Shown here in pieces: positions 10,086-19,860 of a stretch of 64,000 nucleotides of DNA. Numbering within the stretch: position 1 is the stretch's first letter; each line of letters opens with the position of its first letter. A model generated the notes under the pieces. It did no database searches and was not told the origin of the DNA. It saw nothing but the letters and a program-made list of their open reading frames with translations. The stretch is from an uncultured delta proteobacterium. GTDB lineage: Bacteria > Desulfobacterota > Syntrophia > Syntrophales > UBA5619. The DNA lies in NCBI GenBank assembly GCA_963817385.1, contig CAWFOM010000010.1, positions 352,001 through 416,000 on the forward strand, in the 5' to 3' direction. Made by a program: the position numbers and the translations under genes.

Positions 10086-10102
10086 AGCAAGAGGGATGCC
10101 AA
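10086..10102 (-). promoter_or_regulatory. Sigma54 -24/-12 promoter for the cheW unit
   Basis: Minus strand TTGGCATCCCTCTTGCT with exact GG-N10-GC spacing. Confidence 0.75.
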
Positions 10103-10260
10103 TTCGATCTAGTTCTCCGGGCAGATCATCCTTTCGGGTTATAATCAGCAAAATTTCGTCAGGAATATATTGTTTACGAGTGGTTGGACGCCTTATCTTG
10201 TTTTCACGTGAAGTACATCAACCTGTCTATCGATTCCGGGAACTATGAATGGAATGGTGG

Positions 10261-10323
10261 CTTGTCCGGGAGTAACGGATTTTGTCCGGTGAAGGCGGAT
10301 TCTGTCCGGTTATCCCGGACAAG
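10261..10323. promoter_or_regulatory. Three tandem palindromic sites TGTCCG-N7-CGGAY with 20 bp period; probable enhancer-binding-protein UAS
   Basis: cttgtccgggagtaacggat / tttgtccggtgaaggcggat / tctgtccggttatcccggac, 160-220 bp upstream of the sigma54 site. Confidence 0.65.
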
Positions 10324-10463
10324 CGCCATATTGGAGCAGTATTTCGATGTCTTCACTGGTATACAGGTGTCATGATCCGCCGGTAAACCGCCGGGTCAAG
10401 ACGCGTCGAAGGGTTCATGTTCCTGAGAATTGTTTGAGAAATGCGCCATTGTGAAAATTAGGT

Positions 10464-10492
10464 TTGACTTTCCCGCCCATTTCTCCTATATA
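10464..10492 (+). promoter_or_regulatory. Putative sigma70 promoter of the LysM-NlpC/P60 gene
   Basis: TTGACT-N17-TATATA. Confidence 0.45.
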
Positions 10493-10590
10493 GGCCGTCG
10501 GTTTCCGTGTGCAGCTTGTCGTCCACTGGCAAAATCTGTGCACCGTTGCAGGAGTGGGGGGGCCCCCGAATAACCAAGAGGAGGTACTTC

Positions 10591-11556
10591 ATGATGAGAC
10601 GGCGGATTTTCCTCTGGATGGGACTCGGCGTCCTGTTCGCATGGCTCGGGTTGTGCGCGGAAGGTCTTGCCCGGGAGACCTATCAGGTCCGAAGCGGCGA
10701 CACCCTCTCCGGCATTTCCGAAAAGAGCGGCGTTTCCATCGACGCCCTGAAGGCCGCCAACAACCTGAAGGGCTGCAAACTAAAACCCCGTCAAATCCTC
10801 GTTATTCCCGCCTTGCCTGCCGATACATCCTCGAAATCCCGACAGCCTCCGTCCACCAGGACCGAAGTCTATCGGGTCATCAAGGGAGATACCTTTGCCC
10901 GCATCGCCAAGAAAACCGGGATCTCCGTCGCCGAACTCCGCGAACTCAACCGCCTGCAGGGAAACGCCCTGAAGATCGGGCAGAGGCTTGCCCTTGCCAA
11001 GAAACAGGATCGGGACGCGGATCCGGCGCCGATGGAATATAGGAAGAATCTGGTCATATCGGATGCGGAGGAGGAAGAGGATGATGGCGGGATCGCCACC
11101 GAAGAAGCCTTGGCCGAGATCGAGAGGCGCAAGCAGGAGAGTGCGGCGCTCCTCGGGAATTGGACCAACCCCGACGAACCGAAACTGCTCGTCAAGGTTG
11201 CGATGGGCTTTCTCGGCGCTCCCTACCGCCTGGGCGGCTACTCGGTAACAGGACTCGACTGTTCGGGATTCGCGAAGAAGATCTATCAGATTTTCAATAT
11301 CGATCTTCCCCGGACGGCCTTCGAACAGTCCCGTGTCGGCTTGCGCGTTTCGCGCAACGAGCTTATCGAAGGGGATCTTCTCTTCTTTAATACGAGAAGA
11401 AAGCTCGGACATGTCGGAATCTACATCGGCAACAACCAATTCGTTCACGCCTCTTCGCGGAAACGGGGAGTCCGCATCGACAATCTCAGCATGCCGTATT
11501 TCGATAAGCGATTCGTCCGGGCGGTCCGTCTCAAGGGAAGCGATGAGGGCCTGTAG
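10591..11556 (+). CDS. LysM-LysM-NlpC/P60 (C40) peptidoglycan endopeptidase
   Basis: Signal peptide; two LysM domains (YQVRSGDTLS, YRVIKGDTF); catalytic GLDCSGF...HVGIYIG...FVHASS; GAGGAGG RBS. Confidence 0.93.
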   Translation: MMRRRIFLWMGLGVLFAWLGLCAEGLARETYQVRSGDTLSGISEKSGVSIDALKAANNLKGCKLKPRQILVIPALPADTSSKSRQPPSTRTEVYRVIKGDTFARIAKKTGISVAELRELNRLQGNALKIGQRLALAKKQDRDADPAPMEYRKNLVISDAEEEEDDGGIATEEALAEIERRKQESAALLGNWTNPDEPKLLVKVAMGFLGAPYRLGGYSVTGLDCSGFAKKIYQIFNIDLPRTAFEQSRVGLRVSRNELIEGDLLFFNTRRKLGHVGIYIGNNQFVHASSRKRGVRIDNLSMPYFDKRFVRAVRLKGSDEGL

Positions 11557-12556
11557 GGAACCGGTGGAATCCGGCCGTTTAGCGAATGACGGGACAATCC
11601 CCGTATTGATCCTGATTCTTGCGCTTGTTCTCCTGTTTCTGACTGCGGCAACCGATCTTTCCGCAGCTCCCCGAATCTCCAACTATCATGCAGTTTTCAT
11701 TCCTTTTTATAGCGAGACAGGGTCGCTTATGGCCGCCGTCCGCCGGTACAATCAGGACGCCGACGACTTTTTTCTCGTCCTTGATCCGTACCGTTTCGAG
11801 CTTAGCGGGATGAGTGGTGCGAAGGTCGTCTCGGCCCGTCTTTCCGGGGCCGATGCCTGGCGGGAAACCCCCTTTTCCCGTGCTCTCGCCCGGCATACCT
11901 CTCCTCCCTATCCTATCCAGAACGACGGCCTGCGCGAGGCCGACCATCCCGTAGCGGGTTTTTTCCTGACGGCCGACCTCTGTCCCGCGAAAAAGTCCCT
12001 GGATCGCCGTTTCATCGAAGCGACGACCGCGCTCCCGCTGAAGCCGCCGGTGCCGGTCGCCCTGATGGTAAGCGGCCTCTGGATTCAGCGGCATACCGAC
12101 GATCTGGCCTGGCTAAAGTATCAGGCAGCTGCGGGAAGGATCTCGATCACCTGGGTCAACCACTCCTTCACCCATCCTTACGATCCTTCCGCCCCCCTGG
12201 AGAAGAATTTCCTCCTGAGCCCGAAGACGGATCTTCTCAACGAGGTACTCTCCCTGGAGCGCCTCCTTCTCGAACAGGGGCTGACGCCCTCCCCTTTCTT
12301 CCGTTTTCCGGGTCTCGTCTCGAACCGGCACCTGATCGAACAGCTCCGCGACCTCTCCCTCATCCCGGTCGGCAGCAACGCCTGGCTTGCCAAGGGGGAA
12401 TCGCCGCACCCGGGGAGCATCATCCTGGTTCACGCCAACGGCAACGAACCGGAGGGGATAAACCTCCTCCTCTCTTTCTTCAGCGAGCATCGCGAGGCCT
12501 TCCGCCGGGGCGATGCCACCCTCCTTCCTCTCCGGGAGGCTTTCTCGCCCCGCTGA
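11543..12556 (+). CDS. Polysaccharide deacetylase-like periplasmic protein (start uncertain)
   Basis: Hydrophobic N-terminus; LTADLCP, WVNHSFTHPY, FFRFPGL, ILVHANGNEP motifs. Confidence 0.75.
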   Translation: MRACREPVESGRLANDGTIPVLILILALVLLFLTAATDLSAAPRISNYHAVFIPFYSETGSLMAAVRRYNQDADDFFLVLDPYRFELSGMSGAKVVSARLSGADAWRETPFSRALARHTSPPYPIQNDGLREADHPVAGFFLTADLCPAKKSLDRRFIEATTALPLKPPVPVALMVSGLWIQRHTDDLAWLKYQAAAGRISITWVNHSFTHPYDPSAPLEKNFLLSPKTDLLNEVLSLERLLLEQGLTPSPFFRFPGLVSNRHLIEQLRDLSLIPVGSNAWLAKGESPHPGSIILVHANGNEPEGINLLLSFFSEHREAFRRGDATLLPLREAFSPR

Positions 12557-12770
12557 TCTTTGTTTTCCCATGCCCTCCGGCAGTTTTGCGTTGATTTCTT
12601 CCCGGATTCCCTCTATATTTCCTCCAAGTGAATCGGGGTTGTACGACCGAGCGGAATGGGCTGTCCGCATGATCTTCATTGTCGCCACGCGCCGCCCCCT
12701 GCCCGGATGGCCGTCCGATACCCGGAAGGCGGCTCAGCTTCACCGGGAGAACAAAAAGAAAGAGGAACCC

Positions 12771-13637
12771 ATGTTAAAGAGCTCCCTTGTGTTTGTCGCC
12801 ATCGGAATCGCCGCCATGCTATGCGGCGGTTGTGTAGCCAAGAGCGATTATCTCCAGAAACAGGCTGAAGCCGATGGCCTGAACCGGAATCTGGCGGTCC
12901 TGACCGCTGAAAACACCGGCCTCAAGGAGCAGATCGACCGCTTGCATGCCAACCGGGACAGACTGATTGTCGAGCGGGATACGCTGGTGGCCGAACGGGA
13001 TAAACTGGCTGCCGAGCGGGATGACCTCAGCACCCGCCTCGTTGCAAAAACGGGGGAGACGATCCGTGCGATCGATAAGTTACAGGAACGGAATGCCGAA
13101 TTGGAAGGCGACAAGCAGATGCTCCAGGAGAGCATTACCCTGCTCAAGAAGACCCGGGAGGAGGCGGTCCGGACCGTCAGCAAGACCTACGAAAATCTCC
13201 TCGCCGAGATGAAGGGCGAGATCGAACAGGGGCAGATTGCCATCACCGAGCTCAAGGGGAAGCTGACCGTGGATGTCGTTGACAAGATCCTCTTCGACTC
13301 CGGCCGGGCGGAGGTCAAGCCGGAAGGACTGGAAGTGCTCAAACGGGTCGTCGCGATCTTGATGGAGGTTACGGACAAGACGATCCGCGTCGAAGGCCAC
13401 ACGGACAATGTGCCTATCTCGGGGGCCCTCGTGAAAAGATATCCGACGAACTGGGAGCTCTCCGCCGCCCGGTCGATCACGGTCACCCGGTATCTGGAGA
13501 AGGAAGGGCTTGATCCCGCACTCCTGTCGGCGGCCGCCTTCGGGGAGTACCAGCCGGTGGCCGACAACGATACCCCCGAGGGACGGGCCAAGAACCGGCG
13601 GATCGCCATCATCCTGCTGCCAAAGGAGGAGAAGTGA
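12771..13637 (+). CDS. OmpA/MotB-family lipoprotein with coiled coil
   Basis: Lipobox-like GGC; coiled coil; ILFDSG, RVEGHTDN, NWELSAAR, NRRIAI. Confidence 0.9.
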   Translation: MLKSSLVFVAIGIAAMLCGGCVAKSDYLQKQAEADGLNRNLAVLTAENTGLKEQIDRLHANRDRLIVERDTLVAERDKLAAERDDLSTRLVAKTGETIRAIDKLQERNAELEGDKQMLQESITLLKKTREEAVRTVSKTYENLLAEMKGEIEQGQIAITELKGKLTVDVVDKILFDSGRAEVKPEGLEVLKRVVAILMEVTDKTIRVEGHTDNVPISGALVKRYPTNWELSAARSITVTRYLEKEGLDPALLSAAAFGEYQPVADNDTPEGRAKNRRIAIILLPKEEK

Positions 13638-13696
13638 CCGGTTCCGCCGCGCATCCCACGTCCGCAGCCAAGTCCGCGCCGCCGGCGATAAAAACC

Positions 13697-14770
13697 ATGG
13701 CGGCAAGACCCAACATCCGGGACCTTTCGCTCCCGGAGATCGAAGCCTTCATCACGAACATGGGCAAGGAGAAGTACCGCGCCCGGCAGATCATGAAGTG
13801 GCTCTACCAGGCGGGGGCGACCTCCTTCGCTCAGATGACCACCCTGGCCCGGGAGTTCCGCGCCCGGATGGAGGAACTCTTTCTCATCGCGGAGCCCTCG
13901 ATCGATCTCGTCCAGCAATCGGCGGACTCCACGAAGAAGATCCTCTTTCGGCTCGCCGACGGCCTCGCCGTCGAGAGCGTCCTCATCCCGGGGAAGAACC
14001 ACTGGACCGCCTGCATCTCCACCCAGGCGGGCTGCGCGATGGGTTGCAGCTTCTGCCTAACCGGCCGCCAGGGTCTCAAGCGGAACCTCCTCCCCTCCGA
14101 GATCACAGGCCAGATGACGATGCTCCGCCGCCACACCGCCGAGGGTCCGAACATCCTGAACATCGTCCTGATGGGGATGGGGGAGCCGCTGGCGAACTAC
14201 GAAAACACCGTCAAGGCGATCCGGATACTCACCTCCGACTACGGTCTGGGCTTCTCCAACCGGAAGATCACCGTCTCGACCTGCGGCCTCGCCCCCCAGA
14301 TCGTCCAGTTGGGGAAGGATATCTGCGTCAACCTCGCCATCTCGCTCAACGCCCCCGACGACCGGAGACGGAACGAACTGATGCCGGTCAACCGGAAGTA
14401 TCCCCTGGCTACGCTGCTGGCGGCCTGCCGTGATTACCCGATGCCGGGACGACGGATGCTCACCTTCGAATATATCCTCATGGCAGGGATCAACGACGCC
14501 CCGGCGGATGCGGAGAAGCTGGCCCGCCTGCTCAAGGGGCTCCGGTGCAAGCTGAACCTCATTGCCTTCAACGAATTCCCCGGTTCGCCGTTCAAGACGC
14601 CCTCACCCGAAGCGGTCAGCACCTTTCAACAGGTTCTTCTCGACCGCCACTACACGGCGATCCTCCGGGCGAGCCGCGGCCGGGACATTCTCGCCGCCTG
14701 CGGGCAGCTGAGCGGCCAGGACTCCCGGAAAACGGGGCCCGCCCCGGACAGCGGCAACCGCCGGCCGTGA
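13697..14770 (+). CDS. rlmN: 23S rRNA A2503/tRNA C2-methyltransferase RlmN
   Basis: Radical SAM CAMGCSFC; MGMGEP; AACGQL. Confidence 0.95.
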   Translation: MAARPNIRDLSLPEIEAFITNMGKEKYRARQIMKWLYQAGATSFAQMTTLAREFRARMEELFLIAEPSIDLVQQSADSTKKILFRLADGLAVESVLIPGKNHWTACISTQAGCAMGCSFCLTGRQGLKRNLLPSEITGQMTMLRRHTAEGPNILNIVLMGMGEPLANYENTVKAIRILTSDYGLGFSNRKITVSTCGLAPQIVQLGKDICVNLAISLNAPDDRRRNELMPVNRKYPLATLLAACRDYPMPGRRMLTFEYILMAGINDAPADAEKLARLLKGLRCKLNLIAFNEFPGSPFKTPSPEAVSTFQQVLLDRHYTAILRASRGRDILAACGQLSGQDSRKTGPAPDSGNRRP

Positions 14771-14922
14771 TCACCCCGGCCACATCTGCATAGTTGACCG
14801 TTCAGCTTTGAAGCTGGATGCGCATCGGTAAAATAAAAGCTGTTCGGCGTGATTCACGCCCGTTCGGTAACAAGGCGGGACCGATGGGGTACCGGATTTT
14901 TTCTAACGGGTTGGTGCAACCG

Positions 14923-15456
14923 ATGGTGAAGAAGGCAAAATGGGCGACGGCCAGGATTGTGTTCATCCTCGCAACATTGGCCAGTGTAGCTTCGGGCAAT
15001 GTTCTGGGCTACCTCCTGGGACCCCTCTATTCCTGGTATTTTTTCAATGATCTTAAATTTTTCAAATACCGTCGGTATTTTTTCTCCATGCCCGTCTGCG
15101 CCTGGAGACTTCTCACCGAATGGATCCGGAACCCGGCTTACCGCAGCATGTTTGCCATTCCCCTCGCGTCGCCGCCCGTGACAGGCCCGGATCGATCCGT
15201 CGTCCGCGTCCGCACAGCCTGGCCTGAAAATGACGGCTCCTGCAACGGCTGCATACAATGCTGCACCAGGAGATCCTGTCCGCTGCTGGACACCGACCAG
15301 AATCGGTGCAGAAGCTACGGATCGTTCTTCTGGCGCTATTTCAACTGCGGACGATACCCCGAAAACGCCGACCAGATCCGATACTATGAATGCCCGAAAT
15401 GGGAAATGTCCAATGAGCAGCGGAGTCTTAGGGGAGTAAATGGGGATAGATTTTAG
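14923..15456 (+). CDS. Hypothetical membrane-anchored Cys-rich protein (metal-binding-like)
   Basis: N-terminal TM segment; CNGCIQCC...CPLL...CRSY...CGRYP...YECP. Confidence 0.65.
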   Translation: MVKKAKWATARIVFILATLASVASGNVLGYLLGPLYSWYFFNDLKFFKYRRYFFSMPVCAWRLLTEWIRNPAYRSMFAIPLASPPVTGPDRSVVRVRTAWPENDGSCNGCIQCCTRRSCPLLDTDQNRCRSYGSFFWRYFNCGRYPENADQIRYYECPKWEMSNEQRSLRGVNGDRF

Positions 15457-15699
15457 GTTGGGTTCATATGGCTTATGAAGCGATCCAGGTTGAGTGCTAC
15501 AGCGGTTATCGGGTCAATGAACGCCCTGCCGCTTTCACGTTCAGGGAACGTCGCCGGGATGTATTGGAAATCGTCGATCGCTGGTATGAAGGTGGCATTG
15601 ATGCTTCCCGACCGGAAATAAGAGAATACTTTCCCCCTTGACTTCATTACAATGAAAAAATACAGCACGCATATCTGGGGGAGTGACGTATTGGTGATC

Positions 15700-15744
15700 A
15701 AAAAACAAATGCCGGGTTGAGCGCAAAACACACTCACCCCGGCA
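15700..15744 (-). terminator. Rho-independent terminator
   Basis: Stem TGCCGGG.TGAG/CTCA.CCCGGCA followed by TTTGTTTTTT on the minus strand, just after the 15771..16094 gene. Confidence 0.6.
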
Positions 15745-15770
15745 CTTACATTCAGTCCATGATCAGGGGG

Positions 15771-16094
15771 TTATTTCATACTTTCTTTAAGATCTATCTG
15801 TTTCTTGAGTACCCGTTTATTGGTGCTTGGTGTTCCAGCATCTGCCCCACCACTCGCAGGGCACTCCACATCCACCATACGCCCTTTAATTCCCCTGCAT
15901 GAACAAGATACTGATCCACCTTGAGGGGGTGTCTGCATGGATATTCCGCGTTCTCCTTCAGCACATGCTTCAGAAGCTTTCGGAAGAGCCAGAGCCGGAG
16001 CAGACACAAAAAGTGTCCCTGTTATAAGGGATACTGCGGCAACCAAAAGAATGGCTTTCGACGTGGTGTTGCATTTCATTTGAGTGATGCGCAT
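15771..16094 (-). CDS. Small secreted hypothetical protein
   Basis: Strong AAGGAGG RBS; signal peptide ending ALA; four Cys in the mature part; downstream terminator. Confidence 0.6.
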   Translation of the reverse strand: MRITQMKCNTTSKAILLVAAVSLITGTLFVSAPALALPKASEACAEGERGISMQTPPQGGSVSCSCRGIKGRMVDVECPASGGADAGTPSTNKRVLKKQIDLKESMK

Positions 16095-16530
16095 CGTTAT
16101 TCCTCCTTTTCATGCTTGATTGAATTGATAAGAACTTACTTTTGCATGGATTGAGGATAGGGGAAAAAATCTTGTGTGTCAAGGGGAATTATTACAACCG
16201 GTTGTGTCGAGAAAGTTGTATTCACAGGCGATTCTCTTGACAGTATAACCACATTGTGGTAGATAATTATTCAGTTGCCAGGGATCTTTTTCGCCACCTT
16301 CTAACTTTTTCGGTCCGAGTTTTGAGCAACCCGATGGCGATGGTCGCGAGATGGTCTGAGGTTTATGACGGGCGGCGGTTCAGTCGTTGTTTTTCAAGAA
16401 AATATAGAGGGGTGAAGAATAAGGACCGGTGATGAACTCGACGGTGAAGATGAAGGGCCGCCGTATCGGGGACTGCAATTAGAGCATTTCTGAAAGATTT
16501 GATGTCTTTGCTGGCGGAGTGGGAATACAA

Positions 16531-16914
16531 ATGGATAAAGATGAGTTTTCAAGGATTCGTCGCCATTTGGGGAAAACTCAAAGCCAATTAGCACGGTTGT
16601 TAGGTACGTCTTCAAAAGCCATCCAGAGCTTCGAGCAGGGCTGGAGAAACGTTCCCGTACACACGGAACGCCAGTTGCTTCTACTTCTGGTCCTGAAGAG
16701 TTCTCTTGGCAAAAAGACCAAACCCTGTTGGGTGATACGTAAGTGCCCTCCCAAGAGAATGCAGGCCTGTCCTGCGAGGGAATTTAGAGCAGGACATATT
16801 TGCTGGTTTATCAACGGAACATTCTGCCATGGAGAGGTGCAGGAAAGCTGGCCCAAGAAAATGAAAATATGCCGCCGGTGCGAAGTATTCCGGTCCATGC
16901 TGCCTGACTTCTAA
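16531..16914 (+). CDS. XRE-type HTH regulator with a C-terminal Cys/Trp (two-CW-like) domain
   Basis: LGKTQSQLARLLGTSSKAIQSFEQG HTH; PCW...CP...CPA...ICWFINGTFC...CRRCEVF. Confidence 0.82.
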   Translation: MDKDEFSRIRRHLGKTQSQLARLLGTSSKAIQSFEQGWRNVPVHTERQLLLLLVLKSSLGKKTKPCWVIRKCPPKRMQACPAREFRAGHICWFINGTFCHGEVQESWPKKMKICRRCEVFRSMLPDF

Positions 16915-17021
16915 AAAAGCTTTCTGAGGATCCACACCCAAAACTCTCCTGAATGATTCGAGCAATAGAGGCATAGGAACTTAAGTACGGATCAGGAACA
17001 GAAAAGAAAAGGAGACCCGCT

Positions 17022-18011
17022 ATGTTTATGTTTACCGCAGGCAATCGCCTTTCACTCCGTCGAGTGCTCGTTTTGACCATTTTCGCCCTTACTCCGGCGG
17101 CTCCGCCACCTGAGGCATACGCCTTTACCTTATTGGCGCCAAAGGGCCAGAAGGCCTCCCTGGAATACACCATCGATATCAAGGGCAATGCGAGCGGCAC
17201 GAATAACAATTACCAATCCCAGCAATGGTCGACGAGTCGCTCGCTCGTCGTCAGGGCCACGCTGATAGCGCAGCAGCCAAGCATCCAGGATCCGGGTGAT
17301 CTTGGTGGACCCCATAGAGCCGCGAGCCCCCCGAAGAACGAGGCGTTCAAGCCCTCGCCCGAGATGGCGGCACTCGTGGCTAAATTGGAGAAGTGCGGCG
17401 ATGATATGTCCTGTCGGATGCGGGTGACGCAGGAGATGAGGCAGGATCCAAAGGTCAAAGACGATATACAGACGTTAACGAAAGCGGGCGAGTCGTTGCG
17501 CAAGGGTTCGCCGCGCTATCAGATCTGGTTTGCCGACCGGAAGACCCCGGCCACTGGAAAGATCAAGATGGAGGTACAGAGAGATCAGCTCTTCAAGACC
17601 GCGGTAGATGAACGAGAGACCTGTCGCGAAACCGCGGAGTTGAAGTTCGAAGATCTGATGCGTGGTGAGTGGCCCGCAACGATCAAGATCGACGCGCAGG
17701 CGGGGACCTACGCCGCGAACATCGGCCGCCTGGACAACACTTTCACGGCTAAGATTGATTGCGTTCGCCTCGACGGCAGGAAACGAAGCGAGCAGCACTC
17801 GACAAGCGGCAGAAAATTCCTCCCCGAGAAATATCAAAAAGGCACACCCGACGAGATCCAAGTTCTTCGGGGCCGTCCGGAAGCCGCCCCGGACGGGGGG
17901 TGGCTTGCGCAGGACAAGAAGGTGCTCATCGGCCTCTATGGTACACTGGTTGGCGACGTGCCCATGACCGCCGAAGTGAAGGTGCGCTGGTCGTTGATGC
18001 TGAAGAACTAA
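17022..18011 (+). CDS. Hypothetical exported protein
   Basis: 329 aa ORF; AAGGAG RBS; signal-like N-terminus (AYA); no family recognised. Confidence 0.7.
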   Translation: MFMFTAGNRLSLRRVLVLTIFALTPAAPPPEAYAFTLLAPKGQKASLEYTIDIKGNASGTNNNYQSQQWSTSRSLVVRATLIAQQPSIQDPGDLGGPHRAASPPKNEAFKPSPEMAALVAKLEKCGDDMSCRMRVTQEMRQDPKVKDDIQTLTKAGESLRKGSPRYQIWFADRKTPATGKIKMEVQRDQLFKTAVDERETCRETAELKFEDLMRGEWPATIKIDAQAGTYAANIGRLDNTFTAKIDCVRLDGRKRSEQHSTSGRKFLPEKYQKGTPDEIQVLRGRPEAAPDGGWLAQDKKVLIGLYGTLVGDVPMTAEVKVRWSLMLKN

Positions 18012-18326
18012 GTCGGCTCTTCTGGAGTGCACCCTTTTAAATGGTATTCATTATCCGTTATCGACTGAACTTAGTAATCGCAGAAGTTAGGGAAAGTTGC
18101 CGCTTTCAGATGGCAATGATCACTCCTACGGCATCCCCGACATATCTCTTCCGCAATCTTCGGCAAAACACCCACATTTTTTGTCCTTTTCGTTGACACA
18201 CAAGACCTTCTTGTTCTATGTCTCTTCACGAAAAAGAAATATCTTAACAGAATCAGATTGATTATTTTGGACGCGGGAACACCCCTGAGCCTGCCGGTAC
18301 TGACGGAAAGGTATCCCCGATAAGCT

Positions 18327-19085
18327 ATGGATCTCACACAACTGATCATCATCTTCGGCGCCAGTTTGATCTGTAGCACCTTTGGAACACTGGTTGGCGG
18401 AAGTAGCCTGATCACAATCCCGCTTCTGATTCTGATGGGCCTTCCACCCCATACAGCCATCGGCACGGACAGATTGGGAACCACCGGGATCGGGCTGGCA
18501 GGCCTTTATTCTTTTCATCGCAAGGGGATGATGCGCTACCGTCTGGCCTTTATCGTCGGCATTCCTTGTCTTCTCGGAGGCTTCATCGGGGCTAACCTCG
18601 CACTTCAGATCAGCCCCGAACTCCTAAAGAAGTTCATCGTGGCACTGACGGTTGTCCTGCTGATTGTTGTGGTGGCCAATCCGAGGTTGGGGGTTGTGGC
18701 GGTGGCAACGAAGCGTCCCCTAACCACCGGAAGATACATTTTAGGTGCCTTTTTGAGCCTCCTCGCGGGCATCTATGGCGGCTTTTACGGGGCCGGAATG
18801 GGGACGTTCATGTCCTACATCATGATCCTCGTTTTTTGTCAGACCTTTCTGGAAAGCGCCGCCAATACGAAGGTTGCCGGGATCATGATGAGCGTTACTT
18901 CGGCGGCTACCTACGCCTATCACGGCGCCATCCATCTTCCTCTGGCCTTGGTCATGTTTGCCGGTTCCTGCATCGGCTCGTACATGAGCGCCCAATATTC
19001 CGACCGGATCGGAAACGTCTGGATCAAGCGAATCTTCATCGTGGTAGTCTTGATCATGGCGGTGAAGCTGCTGATGGATGCCTAG
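18327..19085 (+). CDS. Sulfite exporter TauE/SafE (TSUP) family protein
   Basis: GGSSLITIPLLILMGLPPHTAIGT and GIYGGFYGAGMGT motifs. Confidence 0.9.
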   Translation: MDLTQLIIIFGASLICSTFGTLVGGSSLITIPLLILMGLPPHTAIGTDRLGTTGIGLAGLYSFHRKGMMRYRLAFIVGIPCLLGGFIGANLALQISPELLKKFIVALTVVLLIVVVANPRLGVVAVATKRPLTTGRYILGAFLSLLAGIYGGFYGAGMGTFMSYIMILVFCQTFLESAANTKVAGIMMSVTSAATYAYHGAIHLPLALVMFAGSCIGSYMSAQYSDRIGNVWIKRIFIVVVLIMAVKLLMDA

Positions 19086-19285
19086 GACTGCCCATATACC
19101 TCTCCGCAAAACTGGATAGGGCGATGAGGTGCATTTTACTCTGTACCGAATTTGCATCAGATTCAGAAGATCGATGTCGCATCTGCTTCCGGGAGATTTT
19201 CTCCCTTCATTCCACGAATGCGATATGATACTTTAACGGCTGTCTCAGCAGGCATTTAAGTCATTGTTGTCCCAGCGGGGGATCC

Positions 19286-19658
19286 ATGACGTATCGTCTC
19301 TTGGCGGATCTGGTGGTCATAATCCATGGCGGATTCGTCCTCTTCGCGGTCTTGGGCGGATTTCTCGTCCTCAGGCGGCGGTCGCTTGGCGTGGCTTCAC
19401 GTCCCGGCCTTCTTGTGGGCGGGATTCATCGAGTTCACTGGCGGCATCTGCCCGCTAACGCCGCTGGAGAACATCCTCCGCGCCCTGGGAGGGGAAGAAG
19501 CTTACCGGGGCACATTCACCGACCGCTATCTGATGCCCCTCCTCTACCCGGACGAGCTCACCCAGGGGTACCAGATCCTCCTCGGAAGCCTTGTCCTGTT
19601 CCTCAATGCCGCGATCTATGCCGCCCTCTGGCAGCGGAGTCGAACAAAAACCGGGTAG
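19286..19658 (+). CDS. DUF2784-family membrane protein; frameshift near 19382
   Basis: YRLLADLVVIIH...LAWLHVPA...CPLTPLEN...Y.G.F.DRY across two frames. Confidence 0.82.
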
Positions 19659-19860
19659 AGCTCTTGCAGAGCAGACCCCTGCCGGCGCATTTGACATTTT
19701 CGGCCCGCTCGGCTATGGTGTCCGCACATTTAAAGCTCTCCGCAGCAAGCTGCGGAAAATCTACGATCATTAAATGAACAATCTATCCGCTTTTTGTTCG
19801 CTTACCCCGCGGCTTGCCGCGGGGACTACGCTCACGGGCGGATTCATGTAAGAGGCAGCC

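Noticed and set aside
10261..10323. Regularly spaced repeats as a mini CRISPR array
   Set aside because: The 20 bp period with 7 bp variable cores is far too short, and there are no cas genes
15453..15737. 94 aa minus-strand ORF and fragments at 16300-16500
   Set aside because: No RBS or recognisable homology; possibly decayed sequence but not supportable
18071..18230. Short Cys-rich minus-strand reading frame (CRGC...HCH...FCDY)
   Set aside because: No convincing start or RBS in that frame, and its upstream part is antisense to the TSUP gene
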